From Bdellovibrionales bacterium (GTDB lineage Bacteria; Bdellovibrionota; Bdellovibrionia; Bdellovibrionales; Bdellovibrionaceae): a stretch of 29,644 bases of DNA. Position 1 is the first letter of the stretch. Each line of letters opens with the position of its first letter. Shown here one piece after another: positions 8,981 to 18,077 of this stretch. Made by a program: the position numbers and the translations under genes. The stretch is taken from positions 1-29,644 of the forward strand of contig JANMPT010000014.1 of NCBI GenBank assembly GCA_031370005.1. Direction: 5' to 3'. Under the pieces are notes generated by a model. It worked only from the letters and a program-made list of their open reading frames with translations. It did no database searches and was not told the origin of the DNA.

Positions 8981-9057
8981 GCGGCCGTAGCTCAGCTGGA
9001 TAGAGTACTTGGCTTCGAACCAAGGTGTCGGGAGTTCGAATCTCTCCGGCCGCACCA
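8981..9057 (+). tRNA. tRNA-Arg, anticodon TCG
   Basis: Acceptor GCGGCCG/CGGCCGC, D arm GCTC/GAGT, anticodon arm CTTGG-CTTCGAA-CCAAG (TCG at 9015-9017), T arm GGGAG-TTCGAAT-CTCTC, encoded CCA. Confidence 0.98.
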
Positions 9058-9081
9058 ATTTTAAATCTTAGAAAGATTTAT

Positions 9082-9116
9082 GGTTCTTCTCACTGGTTGG
9101 TTCGGTTCTTCTCACT
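9082..9116 (+). repeat. 13-bp direct repeat GGTTCTTCTCACT x2
   Basis: Copies at 9082-9094 and 9104-9116, preceded by the hairpin TAAATCTT-AGA-AAGATTTA (9062-9080). Confidence 0.8.
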
Positions 9117-9217
9117 TAACAGTTTATCACGAAGCGCATTCTAGTAAAAACAAGCGTTTAGGGTTTTCAAACGATAGTTTACAAAGTTTCTAAAGCCTCT
9201 CGCCCTTCTCTGGAGGG

Positions 9218-9445
9218 GCTGCTGCCGCTGGACTCAAAATTGGTTTTCGGCAGCTGAAACTCAATCGCCTGGAAGCCGCAATCAATTTGGATAACAAAAA
9301 ATCCCTGCGCCTAGTACGCGCAATTGGCATGAAAAGAGAGGGAATAAAGAATAGATATTGGTTTGAATACGGGAAGTGGGTCGATCATATCATCTACGTT
9401 GCGAATCCAGAAGATGTGGGTCTGAAAGCACATCATCCATTCTAG
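9218..9445 (+). pseudogene. C-terminal remnant of a RimJ/RimL-type GNAT acetyltransferase
   Basis: Reads AAAAGLKIGFRQLKLNRLEAAINLDNKKSLRLVRAIGMKREGIKNRYWFEYGKWVDHIIYVANPED...*; in-frame TAA at 9191 and no suitable upstream start. Confidence 0.85.
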
Positions 9446-9606
9446 CCTTCTAGCCCCTCAGGATAGGATGGAAGCGTAATGACTGTCTAAGTTTTAGGCG
9501 ACTTTGAACAAAATAACTATGAACCCTTGAGTGTAGAAAGAGCTTAGAAATTTTGTTATATCTATGCTCGTTAACTTTTAGCCGAAGATTTACATAGGAG
9601 ATTGTC

Positions 9607-9927
9607 ATGAAAGCTATTTTGCCTGTTTTGATTTTATTTGTTTCAAATTTATCTCTTGCTAGCACGATACAAGTTGAAAGGCCCTGGAAGGAAGTTGTCT
9701 GTATGAGGCTAGCTCAAATCTACAATGTGAAACTTTTTGATCTTGAGTATTGTATTGATAACTCTGCCGTATCAACAGGAAACGTAAACCACCGCAATCA
9801 AATGGTTCGATTTAACTTTAAAGGATATCCGCATGCCAACTCAGTGATGGAAAACTGCGATGGAGCATTTTTGCTTGATGAGTCCGGGCACTTCGTTAGA
9901 ATTTTTGACGTGGTTTGTAAGCATTAA
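9607..9927 (+). CDS. Small secreted hypothetical protein (4 Cys)
   Basis: AGGAG RBS; signal peptide MKAILPVLILFVSNLSLA. Confidence 0.8.
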   Translation: MKAILPVLILFVSNLSLASTIQVERPWKEVVCMRLAQIYNVKLFDLEYCIDNSAVSTGNVNHRNQMVRFNFKGYPHANSVMENCDGAFLLDESGHFVRIFDVVCKH

Positions 9928-10107
9928 ATACTTATTTGTCGACGACAGATCGCATTTTTCAATCCGAATAATCAACTCGCATCAGGTTTTTTTGCGTACT
10001 GATTGAATTGCACTCCATTGACGGGCTAGCTGACCGAAACAGAGTTCTTGAACCAAGTCCATATTTAGCTCGATTAATTTTAGAAAATAACTAAAAACTG
10101 GATAGCT

Positions 10108-10509
10108 TTAAGTTATTGCTATCGCTAGGCGATCAAGAATTTGACCCCATCCAGATTTCATTCCCTCAAATGCCTGACGACCCATTGGGTGATCTAGATT
10201 AAATCCTGCATGTATGAGCTTCAATTCGGTGTATTTCTTTTCTTTTGGAGTTAACTTCCAGGTGATCGTTGTATCAAGCAACCCCTTGGAAAATAAAAAA
10301 CTAAATTCTTTATGGAGCTCTACACGAAGGACTTCGCACTGTTGTGGACCAAATTTTGGCATTAAAAGTTGAAATTTATAACCCTCAATAGCTTTTATAT
10401 CACTCGGCACCCACCATTTCTCAAGGAGTTCCGCCTCAGTTAAATACTTCCAAACGATCTCTGAAGGGTGGTTATAGATGTGTTCAATTTCAATTTGATT
10501 ATTTTTCAT
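10108..10509 (-). CDS. SRPBCC/AHSA1 domain protein
   Basis: VWKYLTEAELLEKWW, TELKLIHAGF, GWGQILDRL; overlaps the ArsR gene. Confidence 0.9.
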   Translation of the reverse strand: MKNNQIEIEHIYNHPSEIVWKYLTEAELLEKWWVPSDIKAIEGYKFQLLMPKFGPQQCEVLRVELHKEFSFLFSKGLLDTTITWKLTPKEKKYTELKLIHAGFNLDHPMGRQAFEGMKSGWGQILDRLAIAIT

Positions 10510-10825
10510 TTTTTTTCTCCATTCTGTTCATTAAGTGCTCAAGATCGGTCAGCCGACTTTTCCAAACTGTTTTGAATTCATTAATCCATGATTCCACCTC
10601 TAGAAGAGGCTTTGGATTGAGATGATATAACCTTTCCCTACCAATTCGTTCCTCTTTAACCAATCCAATATGTCTTAAAACTTGAAGATGCTCGGAGACT
10701 GTGGATCTTCCTACATCTTGAGTGGCTGCAATTTCATTTACTGTCCGAGGTTTTCTTTTTAAGTAACAAAGAATATCTCTGCGAATTGGACTAGCAAGTG
10801 ATCCAAAAATATCTAATCTTTCCAT
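10499..10825 (-). CDS. ArsR/SmtB family transcriptional regulator
   Basis: FGSLASPIRRDIL, STVSEHLQVLRHIGLV, GRERLYHL; start set at MERLD. Confidence 0.92.
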   Translation of the reverse strand: MERLDIFGSLASPIRRDILCYLKRKPRTVNEIAATQDVGRSTVSEHLQVLRHIGLVKEERIGRERLYHLNPKPLLEVESWINEFKTVWKSRLTDLEHLMNRMEKKNEK

Positions 10826-10831
10826 AAGAGC

Positions 10832-10876
10832 ATAATATATCGGAAAAGTCCGACATGTCAATAATTTCCGACATGT
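10832..10876 (-). promoter_or_regulatory. Promoter and tandem operator of the ArsR-SRPBCC operon
   Basis: Palindrome ATATCGGA-AAAG-TCCGACAT (10837-10856) plus a second half-site; TTGACA-N18-TATTAT on the minus strand. Confidence 0.75.
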
Positions 10877-11179
10877 TTTAATTATAGGCTAGCGGCTTAA
10901 TCAATTTGAAGTTCTAACTATAGAGTCCTTACTATAGAAATGGCGTACGCAGTTAGAAAAGATATTATAATTTATCTACCAACCCGAGCAGAGGTCTCGA
11001 GCTGAGACTTACAGATGTCCTGTAAGTTGAGGCGACTCAGCATCTATGATCTTCTGATGATTTAAATTGGCTAATTTAGCTTAATAAGCTAATGGCATTG
11101 AAGAAACGCTTATGACTTTGCGATCCTGTTTTTCACGTAATTTGCCAAATTTAGAATTCATTGCGATGCAGAATGTGAA

Positions 11180-11876
11180 CTAAAGTCCTAAGCCACTCAG
11201 AGTTTCATTAAGCTGAATATTGAACTCATCGGGATTTTCCAGCATTGGGTAATGTCCGACTCTAGAAATGACTCGAAAATCATAATCTGCAAAATATTTT
11301 TTATTGATGGCAGAATCTGTGGGCATTGCATCTGAATTAATTGAACGAACTGGTACAGTCACTTTTTCTGCAGAGTCTCGAATATCTGTTTTATAAAACG
11401 GCTCGAGAGTTGCAATAGCATGTTCAGGAGAATTTTAGAGGAACTCGCTTTGAAGCTGTGAGACGACCTGTGGCGGAGATGATTTTACGAAAAGATATTG
11501 TGGTAAGATTTTTTAACGTATCAACAAGAATAATAGCCCTTACTTTTGCAACGAGCGGAAAAGCCTCAACGACGTTTGAGCCTGACATGGAATGTCCTAT
11601 CAAGACAATGTTATCAACATCCAACGTATTTGCAACGGACTTGATGTCTTCAGCATATGTTCGAACAGACCATTTGCGACGTGATTTTTCGGATTTTCCA
11701 TGGCCAGCAAGATCCATTTGAATAATTTGATATTTATCGGAAAAATAATCACGCTGAGAATCCCACCACCGAGAATTCCCCATCCAGCCATGAACAAACA
11801 AGAGTCCAGTTTTGCCCTTGCCAGTGACTTCATAATATATTTCAGAATTATCTGCTGAACTTGCTATATGCCCCAT
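11180..11876 (-). pseudogene. Alpha/beta hydrolase pseudogene
   Basis: HGW, DLAGHG and GHSMSG in one frame; GHYPMLENP in another; frame switch near 11505 and an in-frame TAA at 11435-11437. Confidence 0.88.
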
Positions 11877-12015
11877 GTTTTCCTCGCGCTATTTGTTTTG
11901 ACCCGCTTCGAAATACTGACAAAAATGGACTTCTTTCTGTTTAAACTGAGTGTGCGCCTTTAGCAAGGGAGTCTTGCTGCGGCGGAGCTGGCTGAGGATA
12001 CGCCAACCCCGTTTC

Positions 12016-12063
12016 AATATTACCCGTATAATATTGACTTCAGATTTATATACGGGTAATATT
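12016..12063 (+). promoter_or_regulatory. 15-bp perfect inverted repeat overlapping the promoter of the DUF2239 operon
   Basis: AATATTACCCGTATA (12016-12030) / TATACGGGTAATATT (12049-12063); TTGACT(12034)-N17-TAATAT. Confidence 0.8.
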
Positions 12064-12084
12064 AAAGCGAGTAGGGGGCGATTC

Positions 12085-12651
12085 ATGTTTACATATACTG
12101 CATTTGACGGTTTTCAACTGCTATCACGGGGAAGTCTTGAAAAAATTGCCCTTGACGTAAAAAAACGATTAAAGGCAAATCGGGAGGCGCGAATATTGAT
12201 TTTTAGCGACTTGACCGGAAGACAAATTGACCTTGACCTCAGTGGCACAGAAAATGACGTTATTGATCGACTAAAAGTCTATGCTCCACAGCGACAAGAA
12301 GAACAAAGGGGAGCCGGTCGTCCTAGGCTTGGCGTTGTACCAAGAGAAATATCTCTTTTACCACGACACTGGGAGTGGTTGGCCAATCAGGAGGGTGGAG
12401 CGTCGGCTACAATCAGAAGCTTGATTGATGAGAAGAATATGGTTGTGCTTCAGGAGAAATACAGAATTAAACAGGCTCAAGAGGGGACTTATAAATTTTT
12501 GTCAGCAATAGCAGGAAACCTGCCTAATTTTGAGGAGGCCACTAGGTTTTTATTTCGAAAGGATAAAGTTAAATTTGAAGAATTTATAACGAATTGGCAC
12601 GAGGATATAAAAAAATACGCTCTCACATTATCTAAAGAGGTTTTTAAATGA
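12085..12651 (+). CDS. DUF2239 family protein
   Basis: YTAF.G..L, LIFSDLTGRQIDLD, GRPRLGVVPREISLLPRHWEWL..Q.GGASATIR, AGNLPNFEEATR; AGGGGG RBS. Confidence 0.88.
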   Translation: MFTYTAFDGFQLLSRGSLEKIALDVKKRLKANREARILIFSDLTGRQIDLDLSGTENDVIDRLKVYAPQRQEEQRGAGRPRLGVVPREISLLPRHWEWLANQEGGASATIRSLIDEKNMVVLQEKYRIKQAQEGTYKFLSAIAGNLPNFEEATRFLFRKDKVKFEEFITNWHEDIKKYALTLSKEVFK

Positions 12652-13526
12652 AGTCTGTAAATGCAATGAAACATGTGTCTGATACTGCCTATTGGGTGGC
12701 GGCACATCGTGCCACTGAGTCGGAGCGTAAGGAGGCTCTTTTTAATGATCCGTTGGCAAAAGTACTTATTGGTGAGCATGGTCAAAAGATTGCGGATTCA
12801 ATGTCAGAGTTTTCTCGATATTCCTATTGGACTATAGTTATCCGCACACTCGTTATTGATGATTTAATCCAAAAATATATTAAAAATGGCTGTGGAACCG
12901 TGATCAATCTCGGTGCAGGTCTTGATACCCGACCATACCGCCTAAAACTTCCTGAAAATATTAACTGGATTGAGCTTGATTTCGCAGAAGTCATTGAGAT
13001 GAAAAATATAAAACTAAAAGATGAAAAGCCAAATTGTAGACTAAAAAGAATTGCAGTTGATCTTTCAAATGGAGATGAGCGGCGCAAGATTTTTGCCGAC
13101 CTGAACAGAGAGGCCGATTCTGCGATTTTAATAACAGAAGGAGTCATTCCTTATTTATCTGAAGAGGTTGTTAGTGAGCTTGCAAAAGATTTAAAAATAC
13201 AAGATAACTTTAAATATTGGATTTCAGAGTATTACTCCCCCAAAATATACCCTAGGTTTCAAGCGCAAAATTTTCGAAAACTTTTTGGTAGTTCGCCGAT
13301 GCAATTTTTCCCTACTGATTGGTTCTCTTTTTTTAAAACGAATGGATGGATCAATAAAGAAATGATTTATTTGTACGATGAATCTGAAAAAGTCGGAAGA
13401 AAATTCCCTCTTCCGCGGTGGGTTTCTATTCTTAAACTACTAATTGGTGAAAAGAAAATTATTGAAAACATAAGGCTTTCGGCTTATTCCATTCTTGAAA
13501 AGAATATTGATTACAGCAAACTGTAA
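12648..13526 (+). CDS. SAM-dependent methyltransferase (LCM / O-methyltransferase family)
   Basis: VSDTAYWVAAHRA, FNDPLA, INLGAGLDTRPYRL, TEGVIPYL; ATGA overlap with DUF2239. Confidence 0.9.
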   Translation: MKSVNAMKHVSDTAYWVAAHRATESERKEALFNDPLAKVLIGEHGQKIADSMSEFSRYSYWTIVIRTLVIDDLIQKYIKNGCGTVINLGAGLDTRPYRLKLPENINWIELDFAEVIEMKNIKLKDEKPNCRLKRIAVDLSNGDERRKIFADLNREADSAILITEGVIPYLSEEVVSELAKDLKIQDNFKYWISEYYSPKIYPRFQAQNFRKLFGSSPMQFFPTDWFSFFKTNGWINKEMIYLYDESEKVGRKFPLPRWVSILKLLIGEKKIIENIRLSAYSILEKNIDYSKL

Positions 13527-13737
13527 CCAATAAAATGGGTCAACATTTTCTGGAGAATAATAAGAATGCAAAGGCATTGCATTCGCTCGAAGGCTCCCAT
13601 ATCTTCAAGATTCATTTCGCCAAGTGCCTGGATACAGGTCTTGATAAAACTTTAGCGCTTCCTCAGCCAAACCGGTGCGGATCATAGTCGAGTAAAACGA
13701 TTTTGTTTTTGCTAAGGGCTGAATTCAACTAATGATT

Positions 13738-14349
13738 TTAGCGAGTGCCATCGGCTTCTCTAGTGTTAATAGATTTCTGTTGCCGATCAGTTTTTAAAAA
13801 ATTTGAGAATTTGCTACAGAATGCTTTTATTGAGGATTGAATGTATCGACTTATCGGTTTGCCCATTTTGTCATTTAAAGGAAGCCGTGAGCACAATTTA
13901 GAGTCGATAACAAATGGCTTTCCGGGATCGCGCAAATTAGTGTATTCATCCGACCAAAGTTCAATTTTATTTATATCACATCCAGGAGACAGCGCAAAAT
14001 CAATTCTTTCAACCGCTCCTATAATTGATGTAGTTCTAAACACCGCATCGATCATATAGGCCGTTTCGCTCGAACCTGAGTTTTCGTAATATGAGATTCT
14101 ATTTCTGCTCGGCAAATAAAGACCAGAATTGTTTTTAATATTGTCTGATGCAAAATATTCCTCAAAGGTAATATTAGAACCATCTTTAGAAACGTTTTTG
14201 CTATAATTACAACCTGGACGTGAAAAATCACCCACATTATAGGAATTTAATACCAGGTTTAAAATTTTCTTACATTTTGAATCTATTGCTTTTGATTGAC
14301 CTAATAGTGGCAATAGAAATGAAAACATGAAGAGTAATTTTTTTATCAT
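13738..14349 (-). CDS. Secreted hypothetical protein
   Basis: Signal peptide MIKKLLFMFSFLLPLLGQSKA; 203-aa ORF; GAAGGTG RBS. Confidence 0.75.
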   Translation of the reverse strand: MIKKLLFMFSFLLPLLGQSKAIDSKCKKILNLVLNSYNVGDFSRPGCNYSKNVSKDGSNITFEEYFASDNIKNNSGLYLPSRNRISYYENSGSSETAYMIDAVFRTTSIIGAVERIDFALSPGCDINKIELWSDEYTNLRDPGKPFVIDSKLCSRLPLNDKMGKPISRYIQSSIKAFCSKFSNFLKTDRQQKSINTREADGTR

Positions 14350-14596
14350 TTTTGTTCACCTTCCGAACACGATTACAAGGAAATGATATCATTCGACAAT
14401 AGTATTTAAAACTAGACGGACGTCCCCGTTTATAGTTTTAATTTTTATTAAAACTAACACTTCACTGCGCACCTGATGACGATAAATGAAACAAAAATTG
14501 TCAAAAAATCCAAAATTGGCAACAGAACATTTTATGATTTGATGGATCATCCAGTCGTTGGCGGCTTAGGGTTTAAATGCTGCCAGCTTCTTCATT

Positions 14597-15031
14597 TTAA
14601 TTTGATTGAGTTTTCAAGAACTCAGTAGGAACAGCTCCAATAGCTTGAAGCGGGCCAAGTTTATCAACCACGGCAATTGAACTCACAACTTTCCCATTTT
14701 CTAGAGTATAGATTGCCATTCCGTCAGTAACCGCTTTTTTCCCAGTCGGCATAATGCTCCGAAAATTCCCTTTATGAGTGCCTTGCCACTGCCAACGAAT
14801 AACAACGCGGTTCTTTTCTGCAACCAGATCCTTTATTTCAAATTGAATATCTGGAAAGCCTAAAATTAAGCTTTCAATATTTTGCATATAAGCCTCAACT
14901 CCTTTTTTGCCTGTGCCAAGATCGATATACTCAGAGGAGATGAGCTCGCTCAGCTCTTCGATATTTCCTTTATTTATATAGTTTTCAAAAATTGATTTTA
15001 CGATATTTTTGTTCTTTTTGTCTTCGCTCAT
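14597..15031 (-). CDS. SnoaL-like ester cyclase family protein
   Basis: GFPDIQFEIKDLVAE, WQGTHKGNF...PTGK. Confidence 0.9.
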   Translation of the reverse strand: MSEDKKNKNIVKSIFENYINKGNIEELSELISSEYIDLGTGKKGVEAYMQNIESLILGFPDIQFEIKDLVAEKNRVVIRWQWQGTHKGNFRSIMPTGKKAVTDGMAIYTLENGKVVSSIAVVDKLGPLQAIGAVPTEFLKTQSN

Positions 15032-15231
15032 TTTTTGCTCCTACTCGTGAGTGGAAAATAGAATTGACAAAATAACAAAATTGTCTTCTTTACTCAAGTG
15101 AGGCCCTCTGCTTCGATGGCGCCGCGCATTGCAGTATCTGATTTAAAAATCGACGCTGCCGAAAACACCGTTCCAAAAAGAGTATTTGCTCGCCGCCGGA
15201 AAAACGCGTTCATTTTTTTGAAAGTATTCGT

Positions 15232-15846
15232 TCATTGGCATAAAACTCTTTGAACCTCTTGTTTGGCTTTTGCTAAAGCGGCCTCTTGCGCTTTTTGGTC
15301 TCCTATAGAAGCCCCTTCTGCGCAGAAAAATGTAACGTCAGTAATGCCAATGAATCCCAATATCAAACGAAGATAGGGCTCCTGGAAGTTACGCTCTCTT
15401 GCAGGGCCCGTTGAATAAACACCTGCACTTGCAGACGCAACAAACACTTTTTTTCCAGTAGCCAATCCCTTTGGCCCATCCGCACCAAAGGCGACCGTAC
15501 GCCCTGGACGAACGATGTGATCGATCCATGATTTGAGCCCAGACGGAATGCTAAAATTCCAAATTGGAGCACCAATAACGAGAATATTTGCTGCGATAAG
15601 CTCATCTATCGCCTCGTCGGATAACTTAATTGTATTCTTTTGATCGAGATTACGCTGCTCCGGTTGAGTAAAAAACGCCACGATTTCAGAATTTGACAAG
15701 TGAGGAAATGGCGCTTCGGTTAGATCACGAACCTTCACATCGCTCCCAGGATATACTAAACAAAGTTTCGCAACGACTTCTCGCGTGAGCTTTCGACTTA
15801 AGGATTCTTGATCCCTGGGGCTACTCTCAATGACCAGAATTTTCAT
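15232..15846 (-). CDS. azoR: FMN-dependent NADH-azoreductase / quinone reductase
   Basis: MKILVIESSPR..SLSR, APIWNFSIPSGLKSWIDHI.RPG.T, GFIGITD. Confidence 0.92.
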   Translation of the reverse strand: MKILVIESSPRDQESLSRKLTREVVAKLCLVYPGSDVKVRDLTEAPFPHLSNSEIVAFFTQPEQRNLDQKNTIKLSDEAIDELIAANILVIGAPIWNFSIPSGLKSWIDHIVRPGRTVAFGADGPKGLATGKKVFVASASAGVYSTGPARERNFQEPYLRLILGFIGITDVTFFCAEGASIGDQKAQEAALAKAKQEVQRVLCQ

Positions 15847-15878
15847 CGTTTTCTCCTCTACTCCATTACGACTCATCT

Positions 15879-16280
15879 TCACCGCCTATGAGCGAATCCA
15901 AGAAGGACTCCAGCGCCCGTGAACTGAACAAAACCAACTAGAAATTCGACTCCTATCCATGTGACTACATCGGGAACGGCATATTTTGCGGCCTCTGCCA
16001 AAGCAATATAGCTGCCGAGAAATACTCCAAAAAGCCAAGCTAGTTTCACGGCGTCAAAGAGCGACTTTGTGGCAAATCGAGAGTTTGCATATACAACTGA
16101 CAAGACCGTTCCCTGGAGGATCATGCTCAAGAAGCCGAGTGCGAAGATCGGTTCTTGTTTGATATATGGAACCTCGGCGTAATGTTTTGTGAAAAGCAAA
16201 AAATGCGATGTCGCCTGAGCACCAAATGTTGCAAGAATATAACCTAAAATAGAAAGAAAATGTTTCTTCATACCGTCCAT
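15879..16280 (-). CDS. Four-TM membrane protein (DUF1761-like)
   Basis: Four hydrophobic segments; lies in an operon between the VOC gene and azoR. Confidence 0.7.
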   Translation of the reverse strand: MDGMKKHFLSILGYILATFGAQATSHFLLFTKHYAEVPYIKQEPIFALGFLSMILQGTVLSVVYANSRFATKSLFDAVKLAWLFGVFLGSYIALAEAAKYAVPDVVTWIGVEFLVGFVQFTGAGVLLGFAHRR

Positions 16281-16284
16281 GACT

Positions 16285-16647
16285 CTATTTCATACTATGA
16301 AGAGCGATGCGATTGCCCTCAGTGTCTCGAAAGATGGCCATAAATCCATTCTGACCAATGCTGGTTTTTTCCTGCAAGACCTTACCTCCTGCATCTGCAA
16401 CACGCTTCAGTGGGACTGACAAATCGTCGCCACCATTTAAATAAAGAAGCGGTCCCTTGTCGGTAACCATATCCTTATCTTCCACTAGTCCACCCGAAAC
16501 CACACCGGGAGCAAAAGGAAACATGGCATACTTTTTAGGAGCACCCTTCATTTCGTTTATTTCTACTGCAAATACCTTTGAGTAGAATGTCATTGCGCGT
16601 TTAAGATCTTCAACTGGAATGTCAAACCAAGCCACAAAATTATCCAT
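16285..16647 (-). CDS. VOC/glyoxalase family protein
   Basis: WFDIPVEDLKRAMTFY, AGGKVL, FRDTEGNRIALHS. Confidence 0.93.
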   Translation of the reverse strand: MDNFVAWFDIPVEDLKRAMTFYSKVFAVEINEMKGAPKKYAMFPFAPGVVSGGLVEDKDMVTDKGPLLYLNGGDDLSVPLKRVADAGGKVLQEKTSIGQNGFMAIFRDTEGNRIALHSMK

Positions 16648-16670
16648 CGGAATCTCCTTTTTCTTTTATT

Positions 16671-16728
16671 ATGCAAGTGATTGTAGGATACCAAATAAAT
16701 TGCATAATGCAAGTATTTTTTATACAAT
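16671..16728. promoter_or_regulatory. Divergent promoter and operator for the HxlR module
   Basis: TTGCA-TAA-TGCAA (16700-16712), a second ATGCAAGT at 16671, and TTGCAT-N17-TACAAT. Confidence 0.72.
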
Positions 16729-16736
16729 GTATTTAA

Positions 16737-17186
16737 ATGGCTAAAAGTAAGACAGACTACAGACAGTCAGGGTGTCCAATAGCATTTACCCTCGATATTA
16801 TTGGGGATAGGTGGTCGCTTTTGATTATCCGCGACATGGTGTTTCTTGGAAAAAGATATTTCGGGGAATTTCTTGAATCTTCTGAAAAAATTGCGAGCAA
16901 TATTTTGGCAGATCGACTTAAGAGACTAGATGAGCAAGAGATCATTTCAAAAAAAGATAATCCGCATAACAAAAAGCAGGCTATTTACTCACTGACAGAC
17001 AAAGGCATTGGTCTTCTTCCTATGATACTAGAGCTGATTCTATGGGGAGCAAAACACGACCCCAAAACAGCAGCGCCGAAAGAATTTATTCGAAAACTTA
17101 AAAAAGATAGAGATGCCTTACTGATTGAAATAGTTAGTAATCTTAAGAAAACCAGTGACCTTTACGAAAGTAAAAAAGTGAAATAA
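16737..17186 (+). CDS. HxlR/DUF24 winged-helix regulator
   Basis: SGCPIAFTLDIIGDRWSLLIIRD, IASNILADRL, YSLTDKG. Confidence 0.93.
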   Translation: MAKSKTDYRQSGCPIAFTLDIIGDRWSLLIIRDMVFLGKRYFGEFLESSEKIASNILADRLKRLDEQEIISKKDNPHNKKQAIYSLTDKGIGLLPMILELILWGAKHDPKTAAPKEFIRKLKKDRDALLIEIVSNLKKTSDLYESKKVK

Positions 17187-17653
17187 TGGAAATAGATCAA
17201 GACAGTGCTCATGTCAGAGTCCCACCCCCGTTCATTTTTCTTGCCTTTGTTTTAATGGGCGTTGGATTCAATATCTTATATCCAGTTCATCTTGTTACGG
17301 GATTTATAAGGTGGTGTCTCACCCTCGTTTTGTTTGGTTCCGCCATAGCAGTTGTAAGTTATTGCTTCTGGGCATTCAAAAAAATAGAAACCAACATCGC
17401 GCCCTGGAAAACAACGACAGGCCTTGTAACGAGTGGAGTCTATAGATTTTCTAGAAATCCCATCTACCTTTCATTTGTTCTTCTGGGGCTGGCAATTGCT
17501 TTTGGTTTAAACAATGCGTGGATTCTCCTGATGCTCACGCCATTTATCTGGGTGATAAACAGATTCGTAATCGCCAAAGAGGAAAAGTATCTGGAAAATA
17601 AGTTCGGGGATGAGTACGAGCAGTATAAGAAAAAGGTAAGACGATGGATTTAA
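17186..17653 (+). CDS. Isoprenylcysteine carboxylmethyltransferase / PEMT family membrane protein
   Basis: LVTSGVYRFSRNPIYL, EEKYLENKFG..Y..YKKKVRRWI. Confidence 0.92.
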   Translation: MEIDQDSAHVRVPPPFIFLAFVLMGVGFNILYPVHLVTGFIRWCLTLVLFGSAIAVVSYCFWAFKKIETNIAPWKTTTGLVTSGVYRFSRNPIYLSFVLLGLAIAFGLNNAWILLMLTPFIWVINRFVIAKEEKYLENKFGDEYEQYKKKVRRWI

Positions 17654-17681
17654 CTTTTTAGGAGAGCGCATGGGAGACAGT

Positions 17682-17990
17682 ATGAACATTTTTGATTTTA
17701 TCATCGGGCTGACCTTAATGAATGCAATGCCTCATTTAGTTCTGGGTATCTGGAAGGGGCGCATGCTTTGTGGATTCGGCTTTGGAGATTTTAAAAATAT
17801 TCTTTATGGCGTTCTGAATTTAGTAATCTCCATCGGACTGTTTTTATATAGTTATGGGGTCGAGAAACTTTTTGAGAATGGAATCTACTTAGGAGCACTG
17901 GCGATACTTGTCGTTTATTTTATAACGGGGCAGTTTTGGTACTCTGTTTTCCACAAAAAGTATTATGAAAAAAACACACAACTCCGTTAA
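17682..17990 (+). CDS. Small membrane hypothetical protein
   Basis: Three hydrophobic segments, NAMPH motif, GGAG RBS (alternative start 17670). Confidence 0.75.
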   Translation: MNIFDFIIGLTLMNAMPHLVLGIWKGRMLCGFGFGDFKNILYGVLNLVISIGLFLYSYGVEKLFENGIYLGALAILVVYFITGQFWYSVFHKKYYEKNTQLR

Positions 17991-18077
17991 ACATGTTCTG
18001 CACACCTACACAGCCATTGAACGTTTATCAGAGTTGAGACGACACTGGTATCTTGCGAGATAGGAAAGGAGGCACAA

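Noticed and set aside
9484..11009. Shared GTCT-N7-AG[AG]C palindrome (9484, 10994, weak matches near 14410 and 18030) as a global regulator site
   Set aside because: Too few and too degenerate copies to support from this window alone
14472..14503. Hammerhead-like CTGATGA...GAAAC...GTC
   Set aside because: Stem II (CGATAAAT) and stem I cannot pair
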